Of a DNA stretch of 64,000 nucleotides, positions 60,201 to 64,000 are shown piece by piece. A program made the position numbers and the translations under genes. A model generated the notes under the pieces. The model was not told where the DNA came from, made no database searches, and saw only the letters and a list, made by a program, of their open reading frames with translations. Numbering within the stretch: the first letter of the stretch is position 1; each line of letters begins with the position of its first letter. The stretch lies in the NCBI GenBank assembly GCA_030390025.1, contig JASTWF010000329.1:434001-498000 (forward strand). Direction: 5' to 3'. Source of the stretch: Squalus acanthias. Its lineage: Eukaryota.

Positions 60201-61801
60201 AAAGTGATCTTCTTGTGCTGCTTCTGGAAGTCCTGTCCCAGAAGCACATCGCTGCATAAGTTTGCGAGTACTCCGAGCCGGGTGGAGAGATACGTGCGGC
60301 CGTTGAGGATGAGGTTGACCAGACAGAAGCCAGAAGAATTGGTGGTCAGAGTCGTCAGAGCCATTGCTATCTCCCTGTCCGAGGGATAAATGTGCAGTTT
60401 TAACCTGTTGACAGCCCGCTTACTAATGAAGCTGTCAGAGCTGCAGGAGTCGATTAGCGCGCTTAGAGTGTGCCCATTTACTGAAACCTTCGTGGCTGCA
60501 TGGGACAAACTTTGGGGAAAAACAGCCGTGATGGGAGGAGGGGCAATTTTCCCTTCGGCAACTGTAGCCTTAACAGTAGTTCTTGGGGGAGGAGCAGCTC
60601 CATAGATAGCAGCTGTGAAGCTAACAGGAGCTCTCGACCGGTATACTTTAGAGGAGCGGCCTTTCTTGTTAGCAAAGGCCCGTGACTGGCATACCTTGGA
60701 AAAGTGTCCTTTCTTGCTGCAATGATTGCAGGTCACATTACGAGCCGGGCAAAATTTTCTGTGATGGCACGCCCCTCCACAAAAGAAACACTTTCTTCCT
60801 GATTGCCAGGATGCTGCTAGGGCGGGGTCGTCATCAGCGAAGGCCTCTAGGGTAGGGTCGTCATCTGTTAGAGTAGAGTCAACATCAGTGGGGGCATCCG
60901 CCCGAGACCTACCGAAAGACTCATTAAAGGAGATAGCCGCCGCCCGTGCACGTGGTGGGAGATAAGTGTCTGCATTTTTCTTGGCCAAGTCCAAGGAACA
61001 CGCCTGGTCATAAGCAGCCCGTAAATTGAGGGTTTTATTTTCCAGCAGGCGCTGACATATAAAAGGGGACGCGATTCCATTGATAAAGGAATCGCGGATT
61101 AGTTCCTCTTGATACTGTTCAGCTGAAACTGCTTTAAGGTTACAATCCTTGCTGAGCCTGCGAAGTTTCTGGAGAAATTCATCGAGTGATTCCCCAGGCT
61201 GCTGCCGAGTTGTGGCCAGTAGGTGTCGAGCAAAGATTTCATTTGGGGACTTGACATATAGCTGCTGTAAGATTTCGATAGCAGTGTCATAGTCTATACA
61301 GTCCTCAATATAATCATACACATGAGGAGACACGTAGTTGATAAGCATTCGTAACTTATTAGGGACATCCGCCCCACATTCTTCAAGAAAGTTGCTAAAG
61401 GTACGAAACCAATGCTTCCATACCTTTGCTGCCGCAGGTGCATTCGGGTCCAGGTCGAGACGAGCGGGTCTAAGGAGTTTTTCCATGATGGATCAGTTTC
61501 TTGCCCAAGTTCCCTTCTGTGGTTCGAGTTGCAGCTGGTTGTTCCGAATCACCCAAAGCGTGGAGACGATACCAAGTTGATTAAATTGACGTAATAAAGA
61601 CTCACTACGCACTTGAACATAAAGCAAGGCTTTAATCAACTTGTAACAAAACATGGAGGTCTAGTTAGCAGTCACTAGCTTCCTGTTTCCAGATTGTCTC
61701 TGCCCAAGGTGGGCCCATGCCTGAGTATTTATACTCCCTGGACGGCGCCCCAGCTGGCCACCCAGTAGTACTTCCTGAGTTGTTACTTGCGATTTATGAC
61801 A
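57292..61801 (-). mobile_element. Complete young Ty3/Gypsy LTR retrotransposon (Mag-like gag)
   Basis: 215-bp TG...CA LTRs at 57292-57506 and 61587-61801 with one mismatch; 5-bp TSD ggtac; PPT agggaggaagaa at 57507-57518. Confidence 0.96.
57545..61486 (-). pseudogene. Single gag-pol frame (2 CCHC, protease, RT, RNase H, integrase) with one premature TAA
   Basis: ORFs 59672-61486 and 57545-59665 are in frame (GVAVF*RAMD); LIDSCS protease, YLDN, CDAS, HPG..CxxC, IDFKGP/HTDRG/QVER. Confidence 0.92.
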
Positions 61802-62234
61802 GGTACCACGTTAGCAGTCCTCCAGTCCTCTGGCACCACACCTGTAGCCAGAGAGGATTGGAAAATGATGGTCAGAGCCTCTGCTATTTCCTCTCTTAAC
61901 AGTCTGGGATACATTTCATCCAGGCCTGGGGATTTATCCACTTTCAAAGATGCTAAACCGCTTAATACTTCCTCTTTCACTATGTTTATTTCATCTAATA
62001 TTTCACACTCTTCCTCCCTGATTGCAATGTCTGCATCGTCCCTCTCTTTTGTGAAAACAGACGCAAAGTATTCATTAAGAACCATACCCATGTCTTCCAC
62101 TTCCACACGCAGGTTACCTTTATAGTCCCTAATAGGCTCCACTCTTATTTTAGTTATCCTCTTGCTCTTAATGTATTTATAAAGCATCTTTGGGTTTTCC
62201 TTGATTTTACTTGCCAATATTTTTTCATGCCCTC

Positions 62235-62480
62235 TCTTTGCTTTGCTTTTCTTCTTCGAAATAGTGCCATAGGATCTTTGACGTCCACCTGAGAGAGTAG
62301 ACGGGGCCTCGGTTTAACGTCTACTCCAAAAATCGGCACCTCCGACAGTGCCGCACTCCCTCAGTACTGCACTGGAGTGTCAGCCTAGATTTTTGTGTTC
62401 AAGTCTCTGGAGTGGGACTTGAACCCACAACTTTCTGACTCAGAGGCGAGAGTGCTACCCACTGAGCCACTGGCTGACAC
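62235..62480 (-). mobile_element. tRNA-derived SINE (paralog of 12970-13265)
   Basis: reverse-complement A and B boxes. Confidence 0.72.
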
Positions 62481-62490
62481 TGAAGAACAA

Positions 62491-62590
62491 GCAGTTCTGA
62501 CAAAAGGTCATCGACCTGAAACGTTAACTCGGTTTCTGTCTCCACAGATGCTGCCTGACCTGCTGAGTATTTCCAGCATTTTCTGCTTTT
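62491..62590 (+). mobile_element. Penelope terminal-repeat fragment with degenerate hammerhead
   Basis: ctgacaaaaggtcatcgacctgaaacgttaact. Confidence 0.68.
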
Positions 62591-62619
62591 AATTAAAGAA
62601 ACAAGGGACAGGAAGAATG

Positions 62620-62900
62620 TTGGGTCGTCCTGCGCATGCGCACCTCCCTGACGGCTGAGGCGAAACACCGACTCGCCCCCACCTGAGCCGCGCACACGTA
62701 CCAGATGTTGCGGATCCGCATGCGCGCCCGATGTTCCAACCGCGGGGTTTTGTGCGCTGAGCATGCGCGTTGTGGACCGATCGGGACGGGCGATTGTGGA
62801 GTAGGAGGGAGAGCGCGGGGGCCATGAGCACATGGGCGGGACTCAGAGTCAACAGAGCGCTTTCTGGAGCGCCGGGGCTTGTGGGTATTGCAGCCGCCAT
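62620..62900 (+). promoter_or_regulatory. GC-rich promoter of the 63-kb ZNF
   Basis: tgcgcatgcgca at 62631-62642 and further gcatgcgc sites. Confidence 0.6.
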
Positions 62901-63139
62901 TACTGCTGATCCTTTCAACCAACCTGTGCAGCAGCTGGAGCCTGAAAATCAGCTTCACTGCCCCTAGGTTCGGAAAGGGGAAAATTAAACAACAGTTTGC
63001 CTCTGATCCTTTTCTAAACTCATTTTACAGGGTTATAGAAGTGGAGCAGTTACAGGCGGGAAGCTCAGACCAAACAACACGTCAAGATCTGACAGAGTCG
63101 CTCGATTCATCAGGATCTGAATATCATCGGCCTTTGCAC

Positions 63140-64000
63140 ATGGAAGGAGAAAGCAGCGATCGCAGCGATGACAAACCGCACACATGTTCGGTGTGTGGAC
63201 GTGGATTCAGCCGATCGCCTGACCTGGCGAGACACGTGCACCGTCACACCGGGGAGAAACCGGGTAAAGGTGGGGACGGTGGGAAGGGATTCAGTTCCCC
63301 GTCTGCAATAGAAGTTCAACGGCGCAGTCACACCAGGGACAGTCCGTTCACCTGCTCCGTGTGTGGAAAGGGATTTGTTTGTTCATCCCACCTGCAAACA
63401 CACCAGCGAGTTCACACTGGGGAGAGGCCGTTCACCTGCTCCGTGTGTGGAAAGGGATTTGTTTGTTCATCCCACCTGCAAACACACCAGCGAGTTCACA
63501 CTGACGAGAGACCATTTCAGTGTTCTGACTGTTGGAAGAGCTTTAAAAGCCCCCAGGATCTGAAGGGACACCAGCTTGTTCACACTGATGAGAGACCATT
63601 TCAGTGTTCTGACTGTTGGAAGAGCTTTAAAAGCCCCCAGGATCTGAAGGGACACCAGCGAGTTCACACTGATGAGAGGCCGTTTAACTGTCCTGACTGT
63701 GGAAAGATCTTTAAAAGCTCCGGGGATCTGAAGAGACACCAGCTTATTCACACTGCGGAAAGGCTGTTCACCTGTTCCGTGTGTGGGAAGGGATTCTTGC
63801 AGTCTTGCAACCTGCTGAGACACCAGCTTGTTCACACTGATGAGAGACCATTTAACTGTTCTGACTGTGGGAAGAATTTTAAAAGCCCCCGGGAGCTGAA
63901 GGGACACCAGCTTGTTCACACTGGGGAGAGACCCTTTAAATGTTCTGACTGTGGGAAGAGCTTTAAAAGCTCCGGGGAGCTGAAGAAACACCAGCTTGTT
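63140..64000 (+). CDS. C2H2 zinc-finger protein, runs off the window; paralog of 10997-12298
   Basis: ATG 63140 MEGESSDRSDDKPHTC, open for 287 codons to the window end; acceptor ends 63030; absent from the ORF track because no stop is reached. Confidence 0.87.
   Translation, partial: MEGESSDRSDDKPHTCSVCGRGFSRSPDLARHVHRHTGEKPGKGGDGGKGFSSPSAIEVQRRSHTRDSPFTCSVCGKGFVCSSHLQTHQRVHTGERPFTCSVCGKGFVCSSHLQTHQRVHTDERPFQCSDCWKSFKSPQDLKGHQLVHTDERPFQCSDCWKSFKSPQDLKGHQRVHTDERPFNCPDCGKIFKSSGDLKRHQLIHTAERLFTCSVCGKGFLQSCNLLRHQLVHTDERPFNCSDCGKNFKSPRELKGHQLVHTGERPFKCSDCGKSFKSSGELKKHQLV

Larger units (their letters stand above)
56530..62225 (-). mobile_element. CR1 LINE fragment split by the Gypsy element (56530-57291 + 61802-62225)
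   Basis: removing the LTR element restores ...DWRTANVVP|LFK...; RT motifs in 56530-57225. Confidence 0.85.

Overview
Eukaryotic DNA, most likely from a cartilaginous fish (shark); this is inferred from the repeat families and the zinc-finger style. The window is a cluster of KRAB-less tandem C2H2 zinc-finger (ZNF) genes. Four have open arrays (10997-12298 -, 46683-48728 +, 52853-53411 -, 63140->end +). Three belong to a subfamily whose first fingers carry shared in-frame TGA codons (4076-5030, 27042-28417, 35654-36162, all -). There are also several gene ghosts. Most genes sit next to a GC-rich promoter module with NRF1/YY1/CCAAT/GC-box motifs, and the cluster was built by direct and inverted segmental duplication. 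The rest is densely nested retroelements: many CR1 LINEs (one near full length), L2 and Tx1 fragments, three Penelope-like elements with hammerhead-ribozyme motifs, tRNA-derived SINEs, a MITE, a very young Gypsy LTR element and several tandem repeats, one of them telomere-like. Best leads: (1) a conserved ~36-aa N-terminal module upstream of the fingers with a phase-compatible upstream ATG exon, a candidate non-KRAB effector domain; (2) shared TGA stops at DNA-contact positions followed by a Kozak-perfect ACG; (3) a Gypsy element with no canonical tRNA PBS, a 13-nt self-complementary PBS and a YLDN RT motif; (4) a LINE insertion that cut the last finger off a ZNF and supplied its new stop. All coordinates were read by eye, and repeat boundaries without a TSD are approximate.
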